Shown in pieces: positions 14,903-28,998 of a stretch of DNA of 64,000 nucleotides. Origin of the DNA: Eledone cirrhosa (Eukaryota); NCBI GenBank assembly GCA_964016885.1, contig OZ024740.1:215822001-215886000 (forward strand), in the 5' to 3' direction. Under the pieces are notes generated by a model. That model was not told the DNA's origin, searched no databases, and saw nothing but the letters and a program-made list of their open reading frames with translations. Position numbers and translations under genes: made by a program. The first letter of the stretch is position 1, and each line of letters begins with the position of its first letter.

Positions 14903-15782
14903 GGTCTCTCTTTCACTCACTACCTCCGTCTCTCTCACTCTCCCCATCTCTCTCTTTCACCCACTACCTCTGTCTCTCTCACTCTCCCATCTCTCTCTTT
15001 CACCCACTACCTCTGTCTCTCTCACTCTCTCCATCTCTCTCTTTCACTCACTGCCTCTGTCTCTCTCACTCTCACCACTTCTCTCTTTCACTCACTGCCT
15101 CTGTATCTCTCACTCTCCCCACTTCTCTCTTTCACTCACTGCCTCTGTCTCTCTGACTCTCCCCATCTCTCCCTTTCACTCACTGCCTCTGTCTCTCTCA
15201 CTCTCCCCATCTCTCTCTTTCACTCACTGCCTCTGCCTCTCTCACTCTCCCCATCTCTCTCTTTCACCCACTGCCTCTGCCTCTCTCACTCTCCCCATCT
15301 CTCTCTTTCACTCACTGCCTCTGCCTCTCTCACTCTCCCCATCTATCTCTTTCACCCACTACTTCTGTCTCTCTCACTCTCGCCATCTCTCTCTTTCACC
15401 CACTGCCTCTGCCTCTCTCACTCTCCCCACCTCTCTCTTTCACTCACTGCCTCTGTCTCTCTCACTCTCTCCATCTCTCTCTTTCACTCACTGCCTCTGC
15501 CTCTCTCACTCTCCCCATCTCTCTCTTTCACCCACTGCCTTTGCCTCTCTCACTCTCCCCATCTCTCTCTTTTCTCACTGCCTCTGTCTCTCTCACTCTC
15601 CCCATCTCTCTCTTTCACTCACTGCTTCTGTCTCTCTCACTCTCCCCATCTCTCTCTTTCACTCACTACCTCTGTCTCTCTCACTCTCTCTACCTCTCTC
15701 TTTCACTCACTGCCTCTGTCTCTCTCACTCTCCCCATCTCTCTCTTTCACCCACTGCCTCTGTCTCTCTCACTCTCCCCATC
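14903..15782 (+). repeat. 44-bp pyrimidine-rich minisatellite, ~20 copies
   Basis: Unit CACTGCCTCTGTCTCTCTCACTCTCCCCATCTCTCTCTTTCACT. Confidence 0.95.
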
Positions 15783-15787
15783 CTGAT

Positions 15788-15836
15788 GATTCCTGATGAT
15801 TTCTAAAGAATGAAACAGTTCTAGTCCTGTAGAATC
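15788..15836 (+). ncRNA. Canonical type I hammerhead ribozyme
   Basis: GATTC-CTGATGA-tTTCT(AA)AGAAt-GAA-ACAG(ttctagtc)CTGT-A-GAATC. Its 3' half recurs at ~11153-11185. Confidence 0.75.
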
Positions 15837-15896
15837 TCATCTATATTAAAACTATATATATATATATGTATATACACATATACATACACACACACA

Positions 15897-15974
<78 letters not shown>

Positions 15975-15976
<2 letters not shown>

Positions 15977-18900
15977 AGAGTATTGAAGTTTGCTTGAAGC
16001 ATTGTGGAACAATAAGTAAATATTTATAAGTCGTTTGGAAGCCTCGACAATGCAAATGGGTAAATCTCCGGGTAACAAGGTCCGGTGGTGGAGAGAGAGA
16101 TATGTAAGTGGGTGTACGTTGAGATGCGTGGTGTGTATAAGATGTGTGAGATGGGTAGAATGAAGGGAAGAGTAAAAGAATAAAAATAATAATAACAACA
16201 CAAGAGAAAGAGTTACCTTGGGAGAGATTTAATAGTCCCTATATATTTCGGATTCACATCCATCAACTGGGGTTTTTTCCGGGGTGGGGGAAAAGGTTGT
16301 CTGTCGGACAACTCGGAACGCGTCTTTCGCTGTCTGTTGATTTGAATATCTGAGGTATTCGGCCGAGCGCGCGTGCGCGTGAAATGGGGTCGGTCGTACA
16401 GAGGTCAGCGGCCGAATGAGGGAGTGGGATGGCGCTAGCTGTCAGTCCATTCTCTGTCTGTTTGTTAAATTTTACTGTGTGTGTGTGTGTGCGTGTGTTG
16501 TTGTCTCGCTTGAGTGTGTGTGTGTGTGTGCGTGTGTTGTTGCCTTGTTCATCTGTATTGGCAGTGTAGTATGTTCGTATGGTGGAATGCTACTGTGTGT
16601 GTGTGTGTGCGTGTGTGTGTGTGTGTAGTTGTCTCGTTTGCGTGTGTGTGTGCGTGCGTGTGTTGTGTGTTGTTGCATCGCTTGTTAACTTAAACCAGCC
16701 ATTTCATTTCGCTTCTCTCTAATCGGTTGTTTATTTGCGGTTGCAGTTGTTTGATAAGAAGCGCTTCCTTAATACGTAACGTGCCGACGTTTCTTTCAGT
16801 CGCTATAATTGTAACAATGGGTCTTCCGTCTTTGTTTCCGCATTTGTCTATGTGTTTCCGGAAAGACGAGGCCCTGGTTTTAATGTGTTCCTTGATCCGG
16901 ATGTGCAAAGGTCGAATTGTGCTACCTATTTAGTATTGGTTGCACCTGTCACATTCTATCTTATACACGACGTATGTGCGTAGGCAACAGTTAGCATGGC
17001 GTATCGGGCAGTCTCTGAGGGAGCATGCGTCAGTAGATTTTTCGGGTTTTCTGGAGAGGCATCTTCGCAGGGAGGGGCCCGAGTGGGCCAGGTGGATGTC
17101 GAGGCCCTCCCTCCGTATAGCCTTGCGGATAGCATTGGTGGTTTTCTCGCCCAGGTGTGGCATTTTAAGGAAGCACTTGCCTTGGGTGCTTCTCTGTCTC
17201 TTGCATCTGGTGTCTCCTATTCTGTCTGTGATTGAGGTAGGGTACCCGTTCGTTTCCAGCACCTCGAGGAATCGCTTGGTATGAGTGACACCACTGGTGG
17301 GATCGCTGCATCTGTTTTTGATTCGCGCGATCTCGTTCGCGATGTATCCTCTTTTGGCACTGTTAGGGAGGGCGGACTTGTAGTGAACGAATAGGTCCCT
17401 GCAGGCTGCCTTTCTGTAGAAGTTGCAGTGGATCCCTCCTTGTTCCGTGATGTTGATTCGGAAGTCGAGGAGGGCAAGTGACCCGTCTTCGTTGGGGTGT
17501 TCAACACTGAAGTCAATGTTCTCGTCCGTGTTGTTGAACGTCTCGTAGATTCTGTTCGCCGTGTCTTGGGAAGATGTGAGGATGAGGATATCGTCCACGT
17601 ATCTTGAGAAAAAGGCTACGGCGTTGGGGTGGCAGGCGTTGAGAGCCTTTCGTTCGAGGTTGTCCATGTAGGAGATCGCTAGCACACCTGATAGACTTGA
17701 TCCCATGGGCAATCCCGAGGTTTGTTGGTATATTTGGTCAAGGAATCCGAAGTAGGTGTTGTCGACGTCGATGGATAGAAGTTGGTGGATGTCAGTGGTG
17801 GTGAGCCCGAAGCAGTGTAGGTCGGTGGATTGGACGCGTTCCATCAGTATATTAACAGCCGGGAGTGCCGGGACCGAGGTGTAGAGAGCGACTACATCAA
17901 GGCTGAAGGCATATCTGTTATTCTTTCTGGTGTCGGGATCCATTTGATGCAGGCGCTTCAACACCTCCTCGGAGCTGTTAACGTGTCCCGGCAAGGTGTC
18001 TAAGATGGGTTTGAGTATTCTGGCTAGGAACCATGAAATTTTGTAGAGTGGTCCCTCCACGCTCGATACGATGGGCCTGATTTTCAGGTCGGGTCCCTCC
18101 ACGCTCGATACGATGGGCCTGATTTTCAGGTCGGGTCCCTGTTTGTGTGTTTTCACGAGGTGGTAGGAGGCGGGTAGTCTGCTGTCCCTCGTGAGGAGAT
18201 TGTATCTCAGCTTCTTCGGGAGCTTCCGCCGGTCGCAGATGTTGGTCCAGGCGGAGTTGATGTGTTCTTCTATCTGCGCGGGAGTGATTCCCGTGACCTT
18301 GGGTGACCTTGGAGTAGAGGTTGTCATCGTCAAGGTGTTGGAGGGCCAGGGTGTTGTAGGCCTCTCTGCTGATGACGCAGAATTCTTTTCCCTTGTCGGA
18401 GGGGAGATAGATGAGGTTCTTCGATTTTAGGTTGGAGAGAGTGGTGAGTTGAGATTTGGTGAGGTTATGTGTTGTGCGTGTGTGTGTGTGTTTGTGAAGT
18501 ATATCCGAGATAGAGTGTTTAAGCCTGATGAGTTTGGTGTCGAGTTCGTGGTAAGTGGGGAACTTGGGGTGGGTTGTGTCGGCGCTGTTATTATCTGTGG
18601 CGCTGTTGATAGCGGTCACCCATTTAAGTTGGTAAGCGGCTCGACAAAAGTTGGCCTCGATGTTAAGTTTGAGTCTGTCGTCGAGACGTTGTGTGACGAT
18701 GAACTTAGGTCCGAGGTGTAGGAGTTTCAGCTCGTCGCTCGTGAGAGTGCCGGTTAGGTCGGTGACCAGGTGCGTCGCATCGTTGAGGTATGGCTCGGTG
18801 TTGGTGGTAGCGGCGGTGGCGGTTGTTAGGTTGTTGTTTTCCACGTGGTTCTGGTCCGTCTGTTCGTTAGTGTCGATGTTCTCGTTGTGGCGTTTCAACA

Positions 18901-19512
18901 AGATCCACTCATATTTTCGCTTGAGTCGTTTTTTCTCGTATTGGACTCTGGAGTGGTAGCACTGGTCGATTGCTTTAGTGATATTTAGGAGCAAGTCTCC
19001 GGGTGCTATTGGCAGTCGATGTTTCCGCTCTGAGAGTGTCCGCTTATGGAAGTGTAATTGGCGGTTGAGATGTCTCAGGATCTGTTTAATACACGTGCGA
19101 TGTATGAGGTTAGTGGTGTTTTTGGAAGGCTGGTGTACGTAGGCTTACTGGTAAGCGGATGTTCTTGATGGTGTTGGGGATGACATCATTTTTTAGGCAG
19201 CGTTTCAGGAAAATAATTTGGCAGCCAGCGTTGGCCCATTTCTCCGACAGTCCAAACAGTTCCCTTACGGATGCAAACAATTCCTGGCTATCCGAAATAT
19301 ATAGGGACTATTAAATCTCTCCCAAGGTAACTCTCTCTCTTGTGTTGTTATTATTATTTTTATTCTTTTACTCTTCCCTTCATTCTACACATCTCACACA
19401 TCTTATACACACCACGCACCTCAACGTACACCCACTTACATATTTCTCTCTCCACCACCGGACCTTGTTACCCGGAGATTTACCCATTTGCATTGTCGAG
19501 GCTTCCAAACGA

Positions 19513-19518
<6 letters not shown>
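15975..19518 (-). mobile_element. Penelope-like retroelement #1 with inverted pseudo-LTR and ~50-bp tail
   Basis: 16025-16253 is the reverse complement of 19290-19518. The tail 15975-16024 is unpaired. Both ends lie in (TA)n and the RT+GIY-YIG ORF lies inside. Confidence 0.93.
16690..19290 (-). pseudogene. PLE RT + GIY-YIG endonuclease ORF (frameshifted, one internal stop)
   Basis: N-terminal FLKRCLKNDVIP, LLHLGPKF and PSDKG. RT motifs YHLVKTHK, IRPIVS, SLDVVALYTSVP, QTSGLPMGS and RYVDD. Endonuclease VVYKIECDRCNQY*IGST..HIRIKEH...IKEALLI..QIN. A 10-bp duplication at 18293-18312 causes the frameshift. Confidence 0.92.
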
Positions 19519-19582
<64 letters not shown>

Positions 19583-19624
19583 TATACATACACACATACA
19601 CACACATGTATATATATATATAAA

Positions 19625-20236
19625 TGGTGGCTGCCAACTCGTTTTCGAGTACGGCCACTACTTTATATCCATGTAGGAGAACCCCTACCGATGCGCTGAA
19701 CGAGTGTGGCTTTTTAGTCCAGCCAGCGACTTGAAAACTCTGGTACAAACACTACACCTGTGACAATTATTGACACATAGGCTGGGCCCATGGTACCATG
19801 TGACGACAAGTGCAGAGAGATCTCCAGATATAAAGCAATGCCTGTGCTGTGAAGCTTTTATAGTGAGCAAAGGCACTGCACAAAGCCAGTCCCACTCTCT
19901 TAACCAAGATGATATTTACCAAAAAGAAGGACAAGTCAACATCATTGGATACCATCAGGGTTGCAGGTGTTCTATCAGAGTTTTCCTTCTCCTAGAATTC
20001 TGCCTTGACAAAGGCTAAGGGGTCATCTCTTCCGGTGATTTTGGATGGCCATTGATGCTTAAGAGCTCTTTTGCCCTTTGACAGGTTTTGTTTTTAGTCC
20101 TGCAGGATGTCCAAAGTCACCCTCCTCACCAAGAAACCTTGGTGGGGTTGCCAGTTTAGTCGCCAACGACCCGACCATGAGACAGGTTGTACTGGGATAC
20201 ATGTTACCAGTAGCACCAAGTGGTGACCTGACATAA
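19625..20236 (-). mobile_element. Short non-autonomous RTE-derived element
   Basis: The 3' part encodes an RTE-type C2H2 remnant, [22 protein letters not shown]. Copies at 21319-21730 and 51052-51303 share the same 3' end. Confidence 0.7.
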
Positions 20237-20279
20237 TATATATATACACACACATATACATACACACACACACACACAC

Positions 20280-20355
<76 letters not shown>

Positions 20356-20571
20356 GGTATATATATATATGAAGACAGGGAGAGAGGGGTGGAGAGAGAT
20401 AAAGTAAGAGACAAAGAGCTAGCTAGACAGGCAGACAGACACGATATACAATAACTGTCACAGTAGAACTACAGTAATGGCAGACGGTAGCAGACGATAC
20501 ATAGACAGGCAGACAGATCGTTAAACATTCACCGTCTTAGAAATAAAACCTGGAAGATATTTATTTCATTA

Positions 20572-20742
20572 ATAATTGTTTCTACTTTTGGCACAAGGCC
20601 AGCAATTATCCCAGTGTATTACTGGTACTTTATTTTATCGACCCCGTAAGGATGAAAGGCAAAGTTAACCTCGGCGGGATTTGAACTCAGAATGGCAAGG
20701 GCCGTAACTCTATGCGCCAAAGCATAGACCAATACTGCCAAT
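20572..20742 (-). mobile_element. SINE family 1
   Basis: Same motifs as 322-512. Confidence 0.85.
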
Positions 20743-20952
20743 AATGTTACACCTTCTGGTGTCGGTATAACTACCGAAACTAATAACTTTATAACGATAA
20801 CTTGAAAACTGATTTAACCTCTTAAAAAGTAAATTGTTTTTATTTTTATGTAACAGGCTGAATGGGTTGGGGTGTATAATTGAACGAAACTTAAGTACAC
20901 AGTTGTAACTAATTATACTTTACTAGTCCTTTGGACTGACAGCTCTTACCCT

Positions 20953-21004
<52 letters not shown>

Positions 21005-21143
21005 TGCATATAAAATTTAAGTGAAAAACCTCTCTTTGCGGGAGTATAAGCCAGACAGACCAAAATATTTAGTCTACCTCACTTATATTTCGATCTTCCT
21101 ACCATAGTTACATTTGTGGAAGAAGTAACTATCGAAGAAGACC

Positions 21144-21239
<96 letters not shown>

Positions 21240-21318
21240 TATGTGTGTGTGTGTGTATATATATGTGTGTGTATATATATATATATGTATGTATATATAT
21301 GTGTGTGTATATATATAT

Positions 21319-21730
21319 GGATGTAGATGACCCCTTAGCCTTTGTCAAGGCAGAATTCTAGGAGAAGGAAAACTCTGAAATAACACCTGCAACCCTGATG
21401 GTATCCAATGATGTTGACTTGTTCTTCTTTTTGGTAAATATCATCTTGGTTAAGAGAGTGGGACTGGCTTTGTGCAGTGCCTTTGCTCACTATAAAAGCT
21501 ACACGGCACAGGCATTGCTTTATATCTGGAGATCTCTCTGCACTTGTCGTCACATGGTGCCATGGGTCCAGCACTATGTGACAATAATTGTCACAGGTGT
21601 AGTGTTTGTACCAGAGTTTTCAAGTCCCTGGCTGGACTAGAAAGTCACACTCGTTCAGCGCATCGGTAGAGGTTCTCCTACATGGATATAAAGTAGTGGC
21701 CGTACTCGAAAACGAGTTGGCAGCCACCAT
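21319..21730 (+). mobile_element. RTE-derived non-autonomous element (5'-truncated copy)
   Basis: Reverse-complement match to 19625-20030. Confidence 0.75.
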
Positions 21731-21830
21731 GTATATATGTATATATATATATGTGTGTGTATATATATATGTATGTGTGTATATGTGTATATGTATATAT
21801 GCATGTATATATGTATATATATATGTGTGT

Positions 21831-21888
<58 letters not shown>

Positions 21889-22034
21889 ATATGTGTATAT
21901 ATATATATGTATGTATATATGTATATATATATATGTGTGTGTGTATATATATGTATGTGTGTATATGTGTATATGTATATATGTATGTGTGTATTATATG
22001 TATATATGTATGTGTGTATATGTATATGTGTGTG

Positions 22035-22069
<35 letters not shown>

Positions 22070-22072
<3 letters not shown>

Positions 22073-22272
22073 CGAAGGAGTTGTGGTAAGGAGCCAGATG
22101 GACCATAACACACCAGAGTACTCAATACTTAGGGTAGTAGAGTGGGTAATAGCAAAATGTATGACCCCAACGGCAGAGCTCAAGCCGTTTCCACGGCTAT
22201 TTCTGGACTCTATTTTAGTCCAGAAATAGCCGTCGAAACGGCTTGAGCTCTGCCGTCGGGGTCATACATTTT

Positions 22273-22277
<5 letters not shown>
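22070..22277 (-). mobile_element. Palindrome+tail element, family A
   Basis: Longest apex of the family (ACGGCTATTTCTGGACT / AGTCCAGAAATAGCCGT). Tail on the left. Confidence 0.85.
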
Positions 22278-22810
<533 letters not shown>

Positions 22811-22892
22811 GTAGGAGGAAGTTATTGCTATACCATTTCCTGTCAGCATGACTTGGCAAGCTATTTAGAACACTGGTTTAACCGCTTTACTT

Positions 22893-22929
22893 CCCTCAGA
22901 AGAAGAGATATTATCTCGAAAATTAAGGA
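22893..22929 (+). ncRNA. Minimal hammerhead-like motif with CAGAAGA core
   Basis: CCT-CAGAAGA-aGAGAT(ATT)ATCTC-GAA-AATT-A-AGG. Confidence 0.5.
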
Positions 22930-23042
22930 CATTTAAATAAATCTAAGGTAAAAGACTAATTGTCAACTATATCCTTTGCATTTGCATTCTTTATTCTATG
23001 TCCATACCTGCATTGTTTTGGCTTTATTATACATATACAAAC

Positions 23043-23139
<97 letters not shown>

Positions 23140-23205
23140 CATATGTATATATATATGTATATATGTATATATATATATGTATATATATATATATGTATAT
23201 ATATG

Positions 23206-23238
<33 letters not shown>

Positions 23239-23263
23239 GTATATATATATATATATATGTATA

Positions 23264-23306
<43 letters not shown>

Positions 23307-23401
23307 ATATGTGTGTGTGTATATGTGTGTGTGTGTGTATATATGTGTGTGTATGTGTGTGTGTGTATATATATATGTGTGTGTGTGTATATATGTGTGT
23401 C

Positions 23402-23472
<71 letters not shown>

Positions 23473-23500
23473 GTGTGTGTATATGTATATATATATGTAT

Positions 23501-23700
23501 GAAGGCGCATGGCTTAGTGTTAGAGTATTGTCCTTGCAATCGAAAGGTTGTGAGTTCAATTCTCAGACCGGGTGATGTGTTGTTTCCTTGAGCAAGACAC
23601 TTTATTTCCCGTTGCTCCAGTTTACTCAGCTGTAGAAATGAGTACCGGCCTGCCTGCCCAGCCAGTGGGACAGCGTTATCTTATGGCTAAAACAGTCGAT
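23501..23700 (+). mobile_element. tRNA-derived SINE, family 2 (CORE-like)
   Basis: TGGCTTAGTG A-box, GAGTTCAATTC B-box and a CCTTGAGCAAGACACTTTA CORE-like domain. Copies at 33000-33364 and 35887-36025. Confidence 0.75.
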
Positions 23701-23791
23701 TGGCGCCAGACAGACTGGTCGGTCAAGGTGATCAAGGTGATATATATATATGTGTATATGCATATATGCATATATGTGTATATGAATATGT

Positions 23792-23980
23792 ATAGGAAAA
23801 GAGTCAGGACCCCAACGGCTGAGCTCCGGCCGTTTCAACAGCTAGAGACCTAGCTGTCGAAACGGCCGGAGCTCAGCCGTCGGGGTCCTGAACCTTTTCC
23901 TATTACCCCCCCCCCCCCTAAGTATCGAGTACTCTGGTGCGTTATGGTCCACCTGATTCCTTACCACACTTCGTTCGTTA
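23792..23980 (+). mobile_element. Palindrome+tail element, family A (divergent subfamily)
   Basis: ATAGGAAAAG...GAGCTCCGGCCGTTTC / GAAACGGCCGGAGCTC...TTTTCCTAT plus tail. Confidence 0.8.
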
Positions 23981-24176
23981 TATATGTATATACATATACA
24001 CATATATATACATGTACACATACATGTATATGTATGTATATATATATATATATATGTGTGTGTACATGTCCATATATGTGTATATATAGGTATATATATG
24101 TATATATGTATATATATATGTGTATATACATGTGTATATGTATATATATACATGTGTATATGTATATATATATATG

Positions 24177-24222
<46 letters not shown>

Positions 24223-24440
24223 TATGTATATATGTGTATGTATGTATATGTATGTATATATGTGTATGTATATGTATGTATAAATATATGTATGTGTATG
24301 CATATGTATGTATAAATATCTGCCTTCGAAACCACTGGTAAATGAAATAATTATCTTATGTTGTTTATTACATAACTAATAAGCTCTGTAGCCTACATAG
24401 AGCACTCTCTTTTCCTCTACCTTCCCTACGGAAATACTTC

Positions 24441-24564
<124 letters not shown>

Positions 24565-24982
24565 ATATATATGCATCTATATATGTGTATATATAAATAA
24601 ATAAATAAATATATAAATGTATATATATGTATATATATATATGTATGTATATATGTATATATGTATATGTATGTATATAAATGAAAGGTATAGAAAGTAT
24701 TGTAGCAAGAAGCCATGTATGTATGTATAAATGTATATGTATGTATATATATGTATATATATATATATATATGTATGTATATATATATATATATGTATGT
24801 ATATATGCATATCTATGTATATATGTATATGTATGTATGTATAAATGTATATGTATGTATATGTATGTATATGTATGTATATGCATATATATGTATGTGT
24901 ATGTATATCTGTGTTTGTATATATATGTATATATATGTATGTACATGTTTATATATGTATATATAAATATACATATTTTTAT

Positions 24983-25048
<66 letters not shown>

Positions 25049-25091
25049 GTGTGTGTGTGCGTTATTATATATTATATATTATTATATATAT

Positions 25092-26130
25092 GGGGTCGAT
25101 AAAATAAAGTACCAGTAATGTACTGGGTAATTGCTGGCCTTGTGCCTAAAGTAGAAACAATTATTATATATATGGTGGATTGGCAGTATCGGTAGAGGGC
25201 CGAGCGCCATGATTTGACACATAGAGTTACGGCCCTTGCCATTCTGAGTTCAAATCCCGCCGAGGTTAACGTTGCCTTTCATCCTTACGGGGTCGATAAA
25301 ATAAAGTACCAGTAATGTACTGTGTAATTGCTGGCCTTGTGCCAAAAAGTAGAAACAATTATTATATACTTCTGTTGTTCAATACTTTCATTAGTGATTT
25401 AGAGCTGTATTTACAGTGGGTTAAATGTAAAATGTGTTCATCCTACTCTGTCATTACACATCCATAATATTAATCAGAGGGATAAAATATCATATTTTAA
25501 ACTATTGTAAATGTCATTCTATAATCAGGGACTGCGAGAAAAACACAAAACGAAAGCAATATTTTCATCACCATAATACTAATCTACACCTTTCGTTGTG
25601 TATCTTTGTACATTTTCATTGAATAATATGCATTATTATTATTATGGTTAAGGCGGTGGATTGGCAGTATCGGTAGAGGGTCGGACACCATGCTTTGACG
25701 TATAGAGTTACGGCCCTTGCCATTCTGAGTTCAAATCCCGCCGATGTTGACTTTGCCTTTCATCATTACGAGGTCGATAAAATAAAGTACCAGTAATGTA
25801 CTGAGGTAATTGCTGGCCTTGTGCCAAAAGTAGAAACAATTATTATTATAATTGAGGGCGACGGATTGGTAGATTTGGTAGGATCGGTAGAGCGTGGAAC
25901 AACAGGCTCAGTGGCAAAGAATAGGTCCCATTATGTTCTGAGTTCAAATCTCGCCGAGGTCAGCTTTGCCTTTCTTCCTTACAGGTTTGATAAAATAAAG
26001 TTCCAGTAATGCACTGGGGGTCGATTTAATCGACTTTCCCCTCCCCCTTCAAATTGCTGGCCTTGTGCCTATAGTAGAAACAATGATTAAGGGTGATTGA
26101 TTGGCAGAATCAGTAGAGTGTCGGACATAA
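25092..26130 (+). mobile_element. Cluster of SINE family 1 copies (25092-25166, 25173-25363, 25648-25848, 25853-26087, 26088-26130)
   Basis: Repeated GGTGGATTGGCAGTATCGGTAGAG heads and GTAGAAACAATTATT tails, head-to-tail. Confidence 0.85.
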
Positions 26131-26357
26131 TATTGAGGGTGGTGGAATGGTGGAGTGTCAGACATAATACACAATACCTTTGCCATTTTGTCCACGGGGC
26201 GCAGCTGTAACACCACTCTGACTTAGGTGTAGCGTCTGTCACCCTCACCCCTTCCTCCTTTCTTTCATTGCTTAATAATCCTCACCCTTCCCCTCCATTT
26301 CCTCTCATTTATAGTATTTTCCAAACTACTGTCTTTTACTTTATATTTGACCACATC

Positions 26358-26908
26358 TACGGGTAGCCACGTGCCGATGGTGGTGAGTAGGGAGGTGGTC
26401 CTCGGGCCAAGGACACCAGACGTCTTCACTGGTACGGGTAGCAAACTCTGTGCCGATGGTGGTGAGTAGGGAGGTGGTCCTAGGGCCAAGGACACCAGAA
26501 GTCGCCACTGCTACGGGTAGTCAACTCTGTGCCGATGGTGGTGAGTAGGGAGGTGGTCCTAGGGCCAAGGGCACCAGAAGTCGCCACTGCTACGGGTAGT
26601 CAACTCTGTGCCGATGGTGGTGAGTAGGGAGGTGGTCCTAGGGCCAAGGGCACCAGAAGTCGCCACTGCTACGGGTAGTCAACTCTGTGCCGATGGTGGT
26701 GAGTAGGGAGGTGGTCCTAGGGCCAAGGGCACCAGAAGTCGCCACTGCTACGGGTAGTCAACTCTGTGCCGATGGTGGTGAGTAGGGAGGTGGTCCTAGG
26801 GCCAAGGGCACCAGAAGTCGCCACTGCTACGGGTAGTCAACTCTGTGCCGATGGTGGTGAGTAGGGAGGTGGTCCTAGGGCCAAGGACACCAGAAGGTTC
26901 CACTGCTA
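26358..26908 (-). repeat. 79-bp tandem repeat, ~7 copies
   Basis: GCCGATGGTG anchor every 79 nt. Reverse-complement relative of the 504-986 array. Confidence 0.95.
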
Positions 26909-27226
26909 AGGGTTCGATCGCAAACCTGTCGGAGAGCGACTGGTATTTGGAGTGTTTACCCTCCTAGGCCCGAAGTGCAGCAGAGCTTGGATTAGTCACA
27001 GACTGCACCAGGTTGCCACTATTAGAAGGAAGAATGTTATAAGGAAACACATTCAGGACGTCCGGAACTAAATAAAATGAACACGTGGAAAATATTTAGT
27101 AGAGAGTTGAAAATAATATAAACTCAGTTGATATATTAGTATAAATCACTGCCTTGTTGTCCTGGTGGACAGGATGGAGAAGACATTGCTACGGGGGATG
27201 GCGAGGGAGATGAGATGGACAAGCCA

Positions 27227-27555
27227 CCAGGTTTGGTTTTAGACCATGGGGGTCTCGGGGAACATCAGGTTTGGGAGCTTCCGGAGCACTTCAGATTTAG
27301 GAGGCCCCTCATACACAAAAAACGTAGAATACACAATAAACCCTCAATTTTACATATCAAAGTTAGCTTGGCGCAAGTAATTGGAATTGAAAAGTTATAT
27401 ATACAGGTATTAAATTCAAAAAATCTAACCATCCTAAAATGAAAAAGCCCAGCAGAGGGCACACATAAATTTCTACGACCGTCGCTGGTGAGACCTCCCA
27501 CTGCAGGGGGCCCGGGGCAATTGCCCCCTTTACCCTCCAATAACTCCGGGCCTGG
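27227..27555 (+). mobile_element. hAT-like MITE (CAGGGCCGGATTT-type termini)
   Basis: Shares an internal TTGGCGCAAGTAATTGGAATTGAAAAGTTATA block with 32528-32770 and 38190-38447. Degenerate inverted termini. Confidence 0.55.
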
Positions 27556-27936
27556 CAGCCACCTAACCACGTGGGCTGTCCACTTGCAGGTAGCCAACTC
27601 CGCCTCGGTAGCAGTGAGTAAGGATGTGATCCGGGGTGTGGACCGGGGGGGCTAAGAACGCAGGTACTCTCCACGAAATTGGATCATAGTTATGTCCTAA
27701 GACTATTTTCTTATTCATTTACGGGTGTCAATCATCATTAGACTGCGACCATTCTGGAGCACCACCCTGGGGGAATCTAGTGTTTCATGTTTACAAACAA
27801 TAAACGCAAACACAGACACGGGCAGACACACAGACACAGGCACACACACACACACACACATATATATATACACGCATACATACACACATACATGTGTGTG
27901 TATGTGACATACACACACACACACACACACGCGCAC

Positions 27937-27998
<62 letters not shown>

Positions 27999-28111
27999 AC
28001 ACATATATATATACGTTTGTGCATACATACAATCATACACACAAGCACACACATGTTTATATATACGACAGGCTCCCGCACAGTTTCCGTCTACAAAATT
28101 TCACTCACAAA

Positions 28112-28239
<128 letters not shown>

Positions 28240-28299
28240 CAAAGAAGATGTGGTAAGATACCAGGTGGACCATAACGCACCAGAGTACTTAGTGATTTG

Positions 28300-28398
<99 letters not shown>

Positions 28399-28419
28399 GT
28401 GTGTGTGTGTATATGGATT

Positions 28420-28463
<44 letters not shown>

Positions 28464-28483
28464 AATCCATTTATTAGTATCAT

Positions 28484-28534
<51 letters not shown>

Positions 28535-28554
28535 AATCCATTTATTAGTATCAT

Positions 28555-28609
<55 letters not shown>

Positions 28610-28819
28610 AACACAAGCACACACACAAGATTTATATTTATCGTGTAATTTAGAGTATTTTTGTGTAAAATAAAACAGCGTCCCATTAGACGTAAGACAA
28701 TACATATAGGCAGGCCAGCACCACAACTCATTCGAAGTCCCTTACTACAAACATCTGACATGATAGAGCAATATTAAAATGATATTTCTACAACTACTAC
28801 AACAAACATTTTGACTATG

Positions 28820-28998
28820 TGGTAGCCGGAAGTCAAAGGTTTATCACAAGATATTACACGGCACTACTACCGCTGGAGAGATATAGCCTAATAGTTACAT
28901 CTACCTGTGTCACTATATATTAGGTTGTAACATAAATTCCCGCCGTTCTTTTTATTAAACAAATTATAACAACGGCGGGGATTTATGTTACAACCCTA
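28820..28998 (-). mobile_element. Palindrome+tail element
   Basis: GGTTGTAACATAAATTCCCGCCGTT / AACGGCGGGGATTTATGTTACAACC arms at 28923-28995. Confidence 0.55.

Noticed and set aside
14867-15806. ~305-aa Ser/Leu/His-rich ORFs
   Set aside because: They are the product of the 44-bp minisatellite.
25648-25745. tRNA gene
   Set aside because: The A/B boxes belong to SINE heads. No cloverleaf forms, and SINE core and tail follow.
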